From: an uncultured Nitrospiraceae bacterium
GTDB lineage: Bacteria > Nitrospirota > Thermodesulfovibrionia > Thermodesulfovibrionales > SM23-35
Assembly: GCA_963727775.1 (NCBI GenBank)
Contig: CAVSHB010000001.1
Span: 1,472,001-1,536,000, forward strand
Reading direction: 5' to 3'
DNA: 64,000 nt
Shown here piece after piece: positions 1-10,521 of this stretch (position 1 is the first letter of the stretch; each line of letters begins with the position of its first letter). The position numbers and the translations under genes are program-made. A model generated the notes under the pieces. That model did not search any database. It was not told the DNA's origin and saw nothing but the letters and a program-made list of their open reading frames with translations.

Positions 1-126
1 ACCATAGCAAAAAAGGTACCCCTTGGCGATGCCTCTTTTTTGAGCCTTGCAAAGGGCTTAAGCGGTTTGCTGAGTGAAGGAGTCAGGGAAGTGAACGGCG
101 GTCTGATGAAGGCCTGTAAACGATAA
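1..126 (+). CDS. 3' end of an unknown gene entering from the left edge
   Basis: Frame 1 is open from base 1 to TAA at 124-126 (TIAKKVPLGDASFLSLAKGLSGLLSEGV...), converging on alaS. Confidence 0.35.
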   Translation, partial: TIAKKVPLGDASFLSLAKGLSGLLSEGVREVNGGLMKACKR

Positions 127-140
127 GACGGACCAGAACT

Positions 141-2780
141 CTACCCGTGACGTGCCGGGTTTTTTTTAATGAAGTCGTTCAATGAAATAAATACGCTGTT
201 CAGTTTTTCGATATCTTTTGTTCCGCCCTGGGCCATTTCGGGTTTCCCGCCGCCTTTTCCGCCTGCAGCAGTCGAAATCTTTCTTACAATCTCCCCTGCA
301 TTATAGATATTGGTAAGGTCCTGTGTTATCATGCAGACAATGGAAGCCTGAGTGTCAACGACTGAAGTGACAATGATAATGCCTGACCTTAGACGGTCTT
401 TTACGTTATCGGCAAACAGGCGGAGCTCGTTAGCGTTCAGACCGTCCTGCCTTATCTTCACAATCTTCACTCCGTTAAGGTCGTATGCAGTTGTTAGTGC
501 TTCAGATATCTTGTCTCCGGCAGAGCCTGTCTTGAGTTTCCGGATTTCCTTTTCCATTGACTTTACGTCATTGATAATTTTTTCAATCTTCTCAAAAGGG
601 CTGTCAGTCTTCAGCATCCCCTGTATTTCTTCAAGGTCGGATTTTTTCTTTCTCAAATAATCAAAAGCCGGCTTTCCTGTTAAGGCCTCGATTCTCCTGA
701 TGCCCGATGCAACACTGCCTTCGGAAACGATGACGAAGATTCCAATGTCCCCGGTTGACGCAGAATGAGTACCCCCGCATAACTCGGCGCTGACCCCGGG
801 CACTTTGACCACCCTGACTCTCTCTCCATATTTTTCTCCAAATAAAGCAATAACGCCTGATTTAATCGCGTCCTGTATATCCTTAATCTCTGTCTCAACT
901 TTAATATTGGAGAGTATCTTATCATTAACAATGTCCTCAATCGCATGAATTTCTTTCTTGTCGATCTGATGGAAATGAGAGAAGTCAAAACGCAATCGTT
1001 CGGGCGAAACATAAGAGCCTGCCTGTTTTACATGTTCTCCTATAACCGTCCGCAACGCTGTATGGAGCAGATGTGTAGCGGTATGGTTTCTCGCTGTGGC
1101 CAGTCTTTGCTCTCTGTCGACACTGCATTTTACAGTGTCCCAAACGTGCAGCTTTCCGCTCCTGATCTTTACTACGTGCGCTGTAAGCCCGGCCTCTTTC
1201 TTTGTATTGATAACATGAGCTTCCGTGGTACCGGCGGAGATTACGCCTGTATCACCGACCTGCCCGCCTGATTCGCCATAAAAGGGTGTTTTATCGAGTA
1301 ACAACTCGACCGTATCGCCTTCATTTGCCTCTTTAACTATCTTGCCGTCCCTGATCATGGCCTTAATCGTGGATTCGGACTCAATAGTCTCATAACCGAT
1401 AAAATGAGTTTCTCCCGTCTCGGATTTAAGCTCTTTGTAGATGGAAGCAATAGCTTCTTCTTCGCCGACCCAGGAAGCCCTTGCCCTCTCTTTCTGTATT
1501 TCCATTTCCCGGTGGAACCCTTCCTCGTCGATGAGCAAATGGTTGTCTATTGCTATGTCTCTTGCAAGGTCCAGGGGAAACCCGAAGGTATCATAAAGCT
1601 TGAAAAGCTCTTTCCCAGGAATAATATCCTTACCGGTGTTCTTTACGGAATTGATGAGGTTATCGAGTATTCTCATCCCCTGTTCAAGGGTCTGCGAGAA
1701 CCTCTCTTCTTCGAACAGGAGCAGCTTTGATGTGCGTTCTTTGTCATGAAGCAGTTCAGGATAAATATTCCCCATCGCGTCTGCAACCGAGTCTACCAGG
1801 CGGAACAGAAAGGCATTTTCAACGCCAAGTAATTTTGCATGACGAGAGGCCCTCCTCATTATGCGCCTCAATACATAACCCCTGCCTTCATTGGAAGGCA
1901 TTAACCCTTCGGAGAGGAGAAAGGTTATTGCGCGTATGTGGTCCGCTATAACTTTAATCGAAATATCTTTGTCGGGGTCTTTGCCGTAAGATACCCGGGA
2001 TAAAGATTCAATGGATGAAATAATGGTAGCAAAGATATCGGTGTCGAAGTTCGTTTTTTTATGCTGTAAAACTGCCGTTATCCTTTCAAGTCCCAATCCC
2101 GTATCGATGCTCGGTTTCGGCAACGGGGTGAGGCTTCCGGACTCATCACGGTTATATTGCATGAAAACGAGGTTCCAGAGTTCAAGGTATCTGTCACAGT
2201 CACATCCTACCTTACAGTCGGGTTTGCCGCATCCGAATTCTTCACCCTGATCGATAATGATCTCCGAGCACGGGCCGCATGGGCCTGTATCGCCCATCTG
2301 CCAGAAATTGTCTTTTGCGCCAAGCCTTACGATTCTATTTTCAGGAAGTCCTGCAAGATTCGACCAGAGCTCTGCAGCCTCATCATCTTCCTCATATACA
2401 GAGACATAAATTTGCTCTTTTGGCAGCTTAAAACATTCGGTAAGGAGCTCCCAGGCAAAAAGCATCGCGTCCTCCTTAAAGTAATCACCGAATGAGAAAT
2501 TGCCGAGCATCTCAAAAAAAGTGTGGTGTCTTGCGGTATGCCCGACGTTTTCGATGTCGCTGTGCTTGCCTCCCGCCCTCATGCATTTCTGGCAAGAGGT
2601 GGCGCGATTGTATGGACTTTTTTCTTCACCTAGAAAGACCGATTTGAACTGGACCATGCCCGCGTTTACAAACAGGAGGGTAGGGTCGTGCCTCGGGATC
2701 AAGGAAGAACTCGGAATTATTTTATGACCTTTCGATTTAAAATACTCAAGAAATGTGGTACGTATCTCTGAACTTTTCAT
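141..2780 (-). CDS. alaS: Alanine--tRNA ligase
   Basis: DPTLLFVNAGMVQFK, HHTFFEMLGNFSFGDYFK, editing motifs HTATHLLH and ELCGGTH, C-terminal GGKGGG. Confidence 0.99.
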   Translation of the reverse strand: MKSSEIRTTFLEYFKSKGHKIIPSSSLIPRHDPTLLFVNAGMVQFKSVFLGEEKSPYNRATSCQKCMRAGGKHSDIENVGHTARHHTFFEMLGNFSFGDYFKEDAMLFAWELLTECFKLPKEQIYVSVYEEDDEAAELWSNLAGLPENRIVRLGAKDNFWQMGDTGPCGPCSEIIIDQGEEFGCGKPDCKVGCDCDRYLELWNLVFMQYNRDESGSLTPLPKPSIDTGLGLERITAVLQHKKTNFDTDIFATIISSIESLSRVSYGKDPDKDISIKVIADHIRAITFLLSEGLMPSNEGRGYVLRRIMRRASRHAKLLGVENAFLFRLVDSVADAMGNIYPELLHDKERTSKLLLFEEERFSQTLEQGMRILDNLINSVKNTGKDIIPGKELFKLYDTFGFPLDLARDIAIDNHLLIDEEGFHREMEIQKERARASWVGEEEAIASIYKELKSETGETHFIGYETIESESTIKAMIRDGKIVKEANEGDTVELLLDKTPFYGESGGQVGDTGVISAGTTEAHVINTKKEAGLTAHVVKIRSGKLHVWDTVKCSVDREQRLATARNHTATHLLHTALRTVIGEHVKQAGSYVSPERLRFDFSHFHQIDKKEIHAIEDIVNDKILSNIKVETEIKDIQDAIKSGVIALFGEKYGERVRVVKVPGVSAELCGGTHSASTGDIGIFVIVSEGSVASGIRRIEALTGKPAFDYLRKKKSDLEEIQGMLKTDSPFEKIEKIINDVKSMEKEIRKLKTGSAGDKISEALTTAYDLNGVKIVKIRQDGLNANELRLFADNVKDRLRSGIIIVTSVVDTQASIVCMITQDLTNIYNAGEIVRKISTAAGGKGGGKPEMAQGGTKDIEKLNSVFISLNDFIKKNPARHG

Positions 2781-2805
2781 TTATATCCGGTATCTTTGCC
2801 TGAAT

Positions 2806-3126
2806 TTATTTTATATATATCAATTTACCGTCAAAGAATAAAAGAAGTTTATTCCCTACTACGCCCAGTGTGGCCTGTGTTGAATAAGTCCATTCTTCTC
2901 TCGGCTTCCCTTCAAAAGGCTCCAGGAATTTTATGGAATCGGGAGACCCCCAGGCATATCTTACCTGCTCCTGAGACATGCCTAAGTCAATTTGCGCCTT
3001 TCTGATGTGCTCCTGGACATTCGGTGGGAAACTCTTTATCTCTTCTTCCGTATAACGTACCGATTTTGTACAGCCTGTCTGTAAAAGGAATAGTAAAGCC
3101 ATGACAAAGAGCAAAACTTTTTTCAT
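2806..3126 (-). CDS. Small lipoprotein (SmpA/BamE-like fold possible)
   Basis: Signal peptide with lipobox-like QTGC; GMSQEQVRYAWGSP...EEWTY pattern. Confidence 0.7.
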   Translation of the reverse strand: MKKVLLFVMALLFLLQTGCTKSVRYTEEEIKSFPPNVQEHIRKAQIDLGMSQEQVRYAWGSPDSIKFLEPFEGKPREEWTYSTQATLGVVGNKLLLFFDGKLIYIK

Positions 3127-3127
3127 A

Positions 3128-3598
3128 TTAATCCTCCTTTGTAAAATTTATCTTTCTGAATACTGTCATTATTGTATCGGAAGAGTACCCCCTTCTTGAG
3201 AGCAAGCCATATAGCCGTTTCTTTGCTGTCTCCGGTGGATAATTTTTTAATACCCTGAATTTTTTTTCCGCAAACCTTGCGGCATTGTCGATGTCCGTAT
3301 CGTCAGTTTCGCTGAATACCATATCGGCAATATCAACCGGAATACCTCTGTTCATCATAAATCTTCTCGCCCCGTTTCGGCTGAGCATTTTTGTGGTTAA
3401 AGCCTCTCTTTTCAGTGTTTCGGCCAATGACTTATCGTCAATGAGACCTGCATGTTTCAGATACTCTATTGCAGAAAACGCTTCGGCCCTGGAAATACCT
3501 TTTTTTATGAGGCGCTCTTCCAGTTCCCTTTCGCTTCTTCCCCGGTAGCTTAAAAGCTTCAAGGCATATTGCCTTGCTTTATTTTGAGAACCGTTCAA
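3128..3598 (-). CDS. recX: Regulatory protein RecX
   Basis: ALKLLSYRGRSERELEERL...LSRRGYS; downstream of recA. Confidence 0.93.
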   Translation of the reverse strand: MNGSQNKARQYALKLLSYRGRSERELEERLIKKGISRAEAFSAIEYLKHAGLIDDKSLAETLKREALTTKMLSRNGARRFMMNRGIPVDIADMVFSETDDTDIDNAARFAEKKFRVLKNYPPETAKKRLYGLLSRRGYSSDTIMTVFRKINFTKED

Positions 3599-4751
3599 TT
3601 TTCATCTGGTCCTTGTTATCTGGCTTTTCGGGTTTTTCGGGTCTGTAACTAAGCTGTTCTTCGAGGGAAAGCTCACTTGTGGACTGGATCCCTTTTACCC
3701 TGAGGATAAAATCATCGGGATTCGTAGCCCTCCTGAGCGCCTCTTCATATGTTATCAGCCCTGACTTGTAGAGACTGAAAATAGACTGGTCAAAGGTCTG
3801 CATTCCATAATGCAAGGCGCCTTGTTCGATGACGTCAGGGATCGTTTTAGTTTTATCAGGATCGAGGACGCAATCTTTGATCGTAGCAGTGGCAATAAGT
3901 ACCTCGACGGCAGGGACCCTTCCTTTGCCGTCGGCCCTTGGCACGAGCCTCATGGAGATGATGCTCTTAAGAACGGACGAGAGTTGCATCCGCACCTGTT
4001 TATGCTGATAAGGAGGGAATACGGCGATAATCCTGTTGATGGTCTCTGTCGCGTCTATTGTATGTAATGTGCTTAATACAAGATGGCCTGTTTCAGCGGC
4101 AACCAATGAAGTCTGAATGGTTTCAAAATCCCGCATCTCTCCCACGAGTATGATATCGGGGTCCTGCCTTAGTGCCTGTCTCAGCGCCTTACTGAAAGAT
4201 TCAGTGTCGCTCCCGATCTCCCTTTGGTTGACGATGCTTTTTTTGTCTCTGTGGAGATATTCTATGGGGTCTTCTATAGTCATGATGTGTTCTGTCCTCG
4301 TTGAATTTATTAAATCTATCATCGAGGCGAGAGTTGTCGACTTACCGCTTCCGGTAGTCCCTGTAACAAGGATTAACCCCCTGCGTTCCATGGATATCTT
4401 TTTAATGACCTCGGGAAGGTTCAATTCTTCGATTGTGGGAATCTTCATCGGGATAACTCTGAAAACAATGCCTATTGTCCCTCTTTGCATAAAGATATTG
4501 CACCTGAACCTTCCGAGACCCGGAACACCATAGGCGAGGTCAATGTCGTTTTTCTTCTTGAAGGTATCAGTCTGTCCCTTGGTCATGACAGCCAAAGCTA
4601 TATTCATTGCGTCTTCATTGGTTATTTTCTTTTCGGAGGTCAAAGCGGTAAGCTCCCCGTATATCCTTACTATCGGAGGAGATCCGACCTTAATATGGAG
4701 GTCCGAGGCGTCCAAAGAGTGTGCTTTTTTCAAAAGCTCATTTATATCCAT
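3579..4751 (-). CDS. pilT: Type IV pilus retraction ATPase PilT/PilU family
   Basis: ASDLH, Walker A GTTGSGKST, TIEDPIE, ALRQDPD, AAETGHLVLSTLHT, GMQTFDQ. Confidence 0.95.
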   Translation of the reverse strand: MDINELLKKAHSLDASDLHIKVGSPPIVRIYGELTALTSEKKITNEDAMNIALAVMTKGQTDTFKKKNDIDLAYGVPGLGRFRCNIFMQRGTIGIVFRVIPMKIPTIEELNLPEVIKKISMERRGLILVTGTTGSGKSTTLASMIDLINSTRTEHIMTIEDPIEYLHRDKKSIVNQREIGSDTESFSKALRQALRQDPDIILVGEMRDFETIQTSLVAAETGHLVLSTLHTIDATETINRIIAVFPPYQHKQVRMQLSSVLKSIISMRLVPRADGKGRVPAVEVLIATATIKDCVLDPDKTKTIPDVIEQGALHYGMQTFDQSIFSLYKSGLITYEEALRRATNPDDFILRVKGIQSTSELSLEEQLSYRPEKPEKPDNKDQMKIERFSK

Positions 4752-4753
4752 GA

Positions 4754-5764
4754 CTATTTCCCGGAATTAAACCATTCGATAATCTTGCCTTCGATCTCTT
4801 TCGAGACTTCAGGGTTGTTTTTCATAAATTCCTTGGCATTCTCCCGACCCTGTCCGATCCTGTTGCCGCCATAACTGTACCAGGCGCCTGATTTTTCGAT
4901 AAACCCTTTTTCAACACCGAGGTCAACAATCTCTCCGACCCTCGATATCCCTTCATTGAAATAGATATCAAACTCCGCTTGCCTGAAGGGAGGGGCTACT
5001 TTGTTCTTTACAACCTTGACCCTTACTCTGCCGCCTATGGTCTCCTGGTTTTCTTTAAGGCTTTCTATCCTCCTGATATCAAGACGCATAGAGGAATAAA
5101 ACTTAAGAGCATTGCCGCCGGTTGTTGTCTCAGGGCTTCCGAACATGACGCCTATCTTCATGCGTATCTGATTTATAAAAACAACTGTTGTAGAAGATTT
5201 TGATATTGCCGCGGTCAGTTTTCGTAATGCCTGGCTCATAAGACGCGCCTGCAGTCCGGGCAAAGAGTCACCCATGTCTCCCTCAATTTCAGCCTTCGGT
5301 ACCAATGCAGCCACAGAGTCTATGACAACGATATCAACAGCGCCGCTTCGCACAAGGACCTCTGTGACTTCAAGCGCCTGCTCACCCGTATCAGGTTGAG
5401 ACACAAGGAGATCATCTATTTTAACGCCGAGTCTTTGCGCATAACCGATATCGAGCGCATGCTCTGCATCAATGAAAGCCGCGGAACCCCCGGCTAATTG
5501 GGCCTGAGCGATGGCGCCTAATGCAAGTGTAGTTTTTCCCGATGATTCCGGACCGTATATCTCAACAACCCTTCCTTTGGGAAAACCACCGATGCCTGTT
5601 GCAATATCAAGGGTAAGGGAACCGGTTGATATTGCCTGAATACCCTCTGCGGCTGCTCCTTCGCCAAGACGCATGATTGCGCCTTTCCCAAAACTCTTTT
5701 CGATCTGCGAAATGGCCATCTCAAGGGCTTTGACCCTGTCTTTATTCATTTCTTTATTCATCAT
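4754..5764 (-). CDS. recA: Recombinase RecA
   Basis: [39 protein letters not shown]. Confidence 0.99.
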   Translation of the reverse strand: MMNKEMNKDRVKALEMAISQIEKSFGKGAIMRLGEGAAAEGIQAISTGSLTLDIATGIGGFPKGRVVEIYGPESSGKTTLALGAIAQAQLAGGSAAFIDAEHALDIGYAQRLGVKIDDLLVSQPDTGEQALEVTEVLVRSGAVDIVVIDSVAALVPKAEIEGDMGDSLPGLQARLMSQALRKLTAAISKSSTTVVFINQIRMKIGVMFGSPETTTGGNALKFYSSMRLDIRRIESLKENQETIGGRVRVKVVKNKVAPPFRQAEFDIYFNEGISRVGEIVDLGVEKGFIEKSGAWYSYGGNRIGQGRENAKEFMKNNPEVSKEIEGKIIEWFNSGK

Positions 5765-5814
5765 CCCTCCATATTTTCCGATAAACTTAGCGTTATCAGT
5801 TTGATAGTTATCAT

Positions 5815-6381
5815 CTATCTTTGCATAAAAGGTATCTCATACAAACAACTATATTCGGGACCTCCGGGCTTTAATTCACTTTTCATCAGTTCAATGCATT
5901 CGACAGAGAAGGACCCGAATTCCTTGCCTTTAAAATTATCGAGTTCGGTAACTGCATGCACAACACCTTTTTGGGAGCGGACCCGTCCGAGCGTGAGATG
6001 AGGGTTGAATTCTTTGTCTTCCCTCTGATATCCGAATATTGACATGGACCCTTCGATATCTTTCTTTAATTTTTTCAGAATGTCCGGATCTTCTATGCCG
6101 ACCCAGATTACCCTCGGGTATCTTTTATTTGGGAAAACCCCTGTCCCATATATTCTAATATAAAACGGTACGTAAGATGATACTATATCCGAGAGCGATT
6201 CTTTTATTTTGGGTAATATGGCTTCGTCTGTGCCGCCTAAGAATTTGAGCGTAAGATGCATGTTTTCGGGTCTGACCCATTTTATATCCGCATCATGTTT
6301 TTTCAAAATATCCATTACTTCTCCGATATCTGTCTTTATCGGTTCCGGTACCCCTATAGCTATAAAACATCTGAGGTTCAT
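5815..6381 (-). CDS. thpR: RNA 2',3'-cyclic phosphodiesterase (2H family)
   Basis: Two HLTL motifs, RCFIAI N-terminus, PRVIWVG. Confidence 0.93.
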   Translation of the reverse strand: MNLRCFIAIGVPEPIKTDIGEVMDILKKHDADIKWVRPENMHLTLKFLGGTDEAILPKIKESLSDIVSSYVPFYIRIYGTGVFPNKRYPRVIWVGIEDPDILKKLKKDIEGSMSIFGYQREDKEFNPHLTLGRVRSQKGVVHAVTELDNFKGKEFGSFSVECIELMKSELKPGGPEYSCLYEIPFMQR

Positions 6382-6394
6382 TTCTTAGAATGTG

Positions 6395-6874
6395 TCAGGC
6401 AACATGAAGGTTTATGGTTCTCCATATCTGCAAAAGTGCATTTACATATACTGCTGCTGCAATATCGTCCGCCATGATCCCTAAGCCTCCGTTTAAAGCG
6501 GATTCTATATTCCTGATCGGAAACGGTTTTAGTATATCGAAAACTCGAAATAAAAAAAAGGCTGTTACCGCATAGCTGATGCTGAAAGGGACAAAGAGAA
6601 CGGAAAGGAAATATCCGCAGAATTCATCTATGACTATGTGCCTGCTGTCCTTAACGTTTAATATCCTTTCAGCATGGTGAGAACTTATCGTACCGATAAT
6701 TACTGTACAAATCAATATGGAAATATGAATAAATAGAGAAGGCTTCAGAAGAATATATACGATGAACGCAACCAAAGTGCCGAAGGTCCCCGGAGCGAAC
6801 GGCATATAGCCGATCATGCTCAGCGTGGCAATGTTTTTCAATATTGATCGGCTGAAATGAGAACCGGGTTTCAC
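6395..6874 (-). CDS. pgpA: Phosphatidylglycerophosphatase A
   Basis: APGTFGT, IVIDE, LFRVFDILKPFPI, GGLGIMADD. Confidence 0.95.
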   Translation of the reverse strand: MKPGSHFSRSILKNIATLSMIGYMPFAPGTFGTLVAFIVYILLKPSLFIHISILICTVIIGTISSHHAERILNVKDSRHIVIDEFCGYFLSVLFVPFSISYAVTAFFLFRVFDILKPFPIRNIESALNGGLGIMADDIAAAVYVNALLQIWRTINLHVA

Positions 6875-6901
6875 TTCTTATCCCGACTTCACAATTATGT
6901 T

Positions 6902-7321
6902 CTATTCCGGGATTATCCGGTAGCTGAAGTTTATTTTTGCGGAACCTTCGAGTGTCGCTTTAACAGAGCAATACTTATTCATGGACAGATCGACCGCTCT
7001 TTTTACCGCAATCACGGAAATATTCCTGCCTTTTACCACAAACTCTAACGTTATTTCGATAAATTTTTTAGGATAATCTTCGGCCTTTTTGCCCTTTATG
7101 TTGATCTCAAGCCCTGTAACGTCCTGTTTCTTCTTTTTAAGGATCGAAATAACGTCCATTCCCGAACATCCTCCTGCGCCGAGAAGGAGTAGTTCCATCG
7201 GCCTTGGTCCTGAATTATGTCCGCCGGAAGCACTGTCGCCGTCCATAACTATTGCATGGCCTGTAGATGAGTCTCCCAAAAATTGCAGGCCCTTTACATA
7301 TGTCACCTTTGCAGTCAGCAT
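6902..7321 (-). CDS. OsmC/YhfA family protein
   Basis: GPRPMELLLLGAGGCSGMDV and KYCSV. Confidence 0.9.
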   Translation of the reverse strand: MLTAKVTYVKGLQFLGDSSTGHAIVMDGDSASGGHNSGPRPMELLLLGAGGCSGMDVISILKKKKQDVTGLEINIKGKKAEDYPKKFIEITLEFVVKGRNISVIAVKRAVDLSMNKYCSVKATLEGSAKINFSYRIIPE

Positions 7322-7412
7322 GTATACCTCCTTTTTGTATCTTGAGTTAATTTATTTGAGATGAATGCATTTGTCAAGAAAACCTCTGCAGTATGACGAC
7401 ATTTAAATTAAA

Positions 7413-7460
7413 TAACTCCCCCAACCCCCTCTTAATCTAAGAGGGGGCAAGGGGGAGTTA
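7413..7460. repeat. Nested palindromic intergenic repeat (REP-like)
   Basis: TAACTCCCCC-AA-CCCCCTCTTA-ATC-TAAGAGGGGG-CAA-GGGGGAGTTA: two perfect 10-bp arm pairs between divergent genes. Confidence 0.8.
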
Positions 7461-7616
7461 CGTAAATCTGATTGTCTGCTTGTGTATTATGAGTAAATAA
7501 TTATTTTGAACAATATCTGCATTTTTCGGGTAAATTTGATTTTTGATTGAAAGTATTTTTTAATAAATAATATAAATGGATCCGTTTGAGTCGAACAATA
7601 ATGATAGGATATACCT

Positions 7617-8198
7617 ATGGATGCCTTGATTTTGGCGGGCGGGGAAAACAGAAGGATACCGGTAATAAAGGGGTTTCTTGAGATAAACGGCAGAAGGATC
7701 ATCGATGCAAATGTCGGGCTTTTTAAAGGACTGTTTGACAGGATTTTCATAAGCACAAACAATCCCGAGCTCTATTTCTATCTCGACGTTCGAATGGTCG
7801 GCGATGTAATCAAATACAGAGGACCGATGACGGGTATATTTTCAGCTTTGACCGTTCCCGGTGTATCTGATATTTTCGTGACAGCGTGTGACATGCCCTT
7901 TATAAATGATATACTTGTCAGGTATATGCTTGAGAAGTGGGAAAATACTCACGATGCCCTCATACCTGTCTTTAATAAGGAGCCGCAGCCTTTCCCTGGA
8001 ATTTATTCAAAGAAAATTGCGCATCGCGTGGAGGAAAGCATAAAGAGCGGCAAAAGGAGCTTGAAGGATTTTTTAAAAAGGATGAATGTTTTCTATATAT
8101 CTGAAGCAACGGTGAACAGAATAGACAGGGAAGGGAAGTCTTTTGTAAATATAAATGCTGCGGAAGATTTCAGAAGAGAAGGGGGCAGGATTTGTTAG
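7617..8198 (+). CDS. mobA: Molybdenum cofactor guanylyltransferase
   Basis: ILAGGENRR, GPMTGI, ACDMPF, FVNIN. Confidence 0.9.
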   Translation: MDALILAGGENRRIPVIKGFLEINGRRIIDANVGLFKGLFDRIFISTNNPELYFYLDVRMVGDVIKYRGPMTGIFSALTVPGVSDIFVTACDMPFINDILVRYMLEKWENTHDALIPVFNKEPQPFPGIYSKKIAHRVEESIKSGKRSLKDFLKRMNVFYISEATVNRIDREGKSFVNINAAEDFRREGGRIC

Positions 8199-8231
8199 GT
8201 GTGAATACCCAATGCAAAGCAGGAGGAAAAG

Positions 8232-9371
8232 GTGATCAGGGGCCATGTCGCAGAGATCAGTCTTTCGGCTATAGCGAAAAACCTTCAATCCGTTAAAAGG
8301 ATCGCGAAGACCGCTGAGATAATAGGCGTTGTTAAGGCTGACGCTTACGGCCACGGCGCAGTGGAAGTTTCAAAAAAACTCCGAAAGGAAGGAGTTTCCT
8401 GCCTGGCAGTCGCATATACTTCAGAAGCCGTGGAACTCAGGGATGCGGGGATCAGCGGACCCATTATTGTCCTGTTTGACAAAGGGTACGAAAAGGATTT
8501 CTTTGATCACAGGCTTATCCCGGTTGTCCATAATTTAGATACCGCTCTATCTTTGTCACGTGAGGCCCGGAAAAGGGACACGTCAATAAAGGTCCATGCG
8601 AAGGTCGATACAGGCATGGGGAGACTGGGGTTTCATGGCGAGCATATAATCGAGGAGCTGATGAAGCTGTCCGAGATGCCCGGCATAGAACTGACAGGAC
8701 TTTTAAGCCATTTTTCAGAAGCAGACCTTTATGACAGGTCATATGCGATCTCGCAGATCGAGAAATTTAACACTATCAACGAGACAGTCTCAAAGAAGAT
8801 AAAAAGAAAATTATTTTTGCACATGGCGAACAGCGCAGCAGTCCTAACTTTTAAAGAAGCCCATCTCGACGCGGTAAGACCCGGAATTATGCTATATGGA
8901 TATTCTCCTTGCTCTTTAAACACCGGGTATTTGGCGACAGAGCGAAAAAAAACTGAGCTTCCAACGTTAGTACCCGTCATGACAATCAAAACAAAGATTC
9001 TCACTATTAGAGATGTTCCCTCGGGAACCCCTATAAGCTACGGCAGGACATTTATCACAAAAAGACCGAGCCGGATAGGCGTATTGCCTTTAGGTTACGC
9101 TGATGGATACAACAGATTATTTTCTAATAATGCCGCGATATTGGTTCATGGAAAGCGGGCGCCTGTTGTCGGCAAGGTCTGTATGGACCTGACGATGGTC
9201 GACCTGACAGAAGTTAAAGGAGCAACAGAAAATGATGAAGTTGTCATTCTCGGGAAACAAGGGAAAGAGACGATAACAGCGGATGATCTGGCAGATAAAG
9301 CTAACACTATCTCATATGAGATTCTAACGTCCCTTGGCGCAAGGTCAAGGAAAAGTTATGTTGAAACTTAA
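8232..9371 (+). CDS. alr: Alanine racemase
   Basis: VVKADAYGHG (PLP lysine), KVDTGMGRLG, GYADG, VCMD, TISYEIL. Confidence 0.98.
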   Translation: MIRGHVAEISLSAIAKNLQSVKRIAKTAEIIGVVKADAYGHGAVEVSKKLRKEGVSCLAVAYTSEAVELRDAGISGPIIVLFDKGYEKDFFDHRLIPVVHNLDTALSLSREARKRDTSIKVHAKVDTGMGRLGFHGEHIIEELMKLSEMPGIELTGLLSHFSEADLYDRSYAISQIEKFNTINETVSKKIKRKLFLHMANSAAVLTFKEAHLDAVRPGIMLYGYSPCSLNTGYLATERKKTELPTLVPVMTIKTKILTIRDVPSGTPISYGRTFITKRPSRIGVLPLGYADGYNRLFSNNAAILVHGKRAPVVGKVCMDLTMVDLTEVKGATENDEVVILGKQGKETITADDLADKANTISYEILTSLGARSRKSYVET

Positions 9372-10500
9372 GTTATATGAAAGCAAAAAAACAAATCTTA
9401 AGTCACTGGCAAAAGAAGAAATATTCAGATTTATAGAAGACAAAGGACTTCCCGGATACAGGGCAGAACAACTAATCCGTTGGATTTATCAAAGATATGC
9501 TGCTGCGATAGACGAAATAACCGTATTTTCTTTAGACCTGAGGAACGACCTGAATAGAGATTCTTTTATCAGTAACCTCGCTGTTGTTGAAAGGATGAGG
9601 TCTTCTGACGGTGCTGAAAAATTTCTTTTTTCTCTGGAAGACGGTAACACGATAGAAAGCGTATTGATCCCCGATGCAAATCGTCTCACACTATGCATAT
9701 CTTCACAGGTAGGATGCGCAATGGGATGTCTGTTCTGCCTGACGGGAAGAAGCGGGTTTATCAGGAATCTGAAGGCATACGAGATTGTGGACCAGATAAT
9801 AGCAGTGAACAGGATAATAAAAAATGAATACAGTAATCCCACCATCCCACCTTTTGAAAAGGTGGGTAAGGTGAAAGTTTCTGATAAAAAGATTACCAAT
9901 ATCGTATTCATGGGCATGGGAGAGCCCCTCGCGAATTTTGACGAAGTCGTTGACGCGTTATGGAGGATCGTGCAGCTTCTCGGCATTTCAAGAAGAAGGA
10001 TTACCTTATCGACAGCCGGCGTAGTTCCCAAAATATTGCTCCTGCCGGAAAAGGCTCCGGATATAAACCTCGCTATTTCTCTGAATGCGACGACAGACGA
10101 AATACGTGGCGAGATCATGCCGATCACAAAAAGATACCCCATAAGTTCACTGATTAACGCATGCAAAAAATATCCCTTGCGCCCGGGCAGGAAGATCACT
10201 TTTGAATATGTGCTCATTAGAGAAAAAAACGATTTGCGGGAAGATGCATACAGACTTCTTAAACTTCTGAAGGGAATCCGCTGCAAGGTAAACCTTATCC
10301 CCCTGAACCCATATCCGGGGAGCAGCCTTGAAAGGCCGCCTGATGAAAAAGTATTGGCCTTCCAAAGGATCCTTTTGCAAAATGGGGTAAGGGCATTGAT
10401 AAGGGAGAGCAGGGGCAAGGACATCCTTGCGGCGTGCGGACAACTCAGGGCAAAAACATCGGGAGAGGCTGATTCCATGAGCCGGGCAGCACAGGCATAA
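9358..10500 (+). CDS. rlmN: 23S rRNA/tRNA m2A methyltransferase (radical SAM)
   Basis: CISSQVGCAMGCLFC, MGMGEPL, ACGQL; ATG 9358 overlaps the alr end. Confidence 0.96.
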   Translation: MLKLKLYESKKTNLKSLAKEEIFRFIEDKGLPGYRAEQLIRWIYQRYAAAIDEITVFSLDLRNDLNRDSFISNLAVVERMRSSDGAEKFLFSLEDGNTIESVLIPDANRLTLCISSQVGCAMGCLFCLTGRSGFIRNLKAYEIVDQIIAVNRIIKNEYSNPTIPPFEKVGKVKVSDKKITNIVFMGMGEPLANFDEVVDALWRIVQLLGISRRRITLSTAGVVPKILLLPEKAPDINLAISLNATTDEIRGEIMPITKRYPISSLINACKKYPLRPGRKITFEYVLIREKNDLREDAYRLLKLLKGIRCKVNLIPLNPYPGSSLERPPDEKVLAFQRILLQNGVRALIRESRGKDILAACGQLRAKTSGEADSMSRAAQA

Positions 10501-10521
10501 TACAGCAGATGGAGCAGGCGG

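Noticed and set aside
9489..10478. 329-aa antisense ORF and other long shadow ORFs
   Set aside because: They lie opposite or inside well-supported genes and carry no motifs
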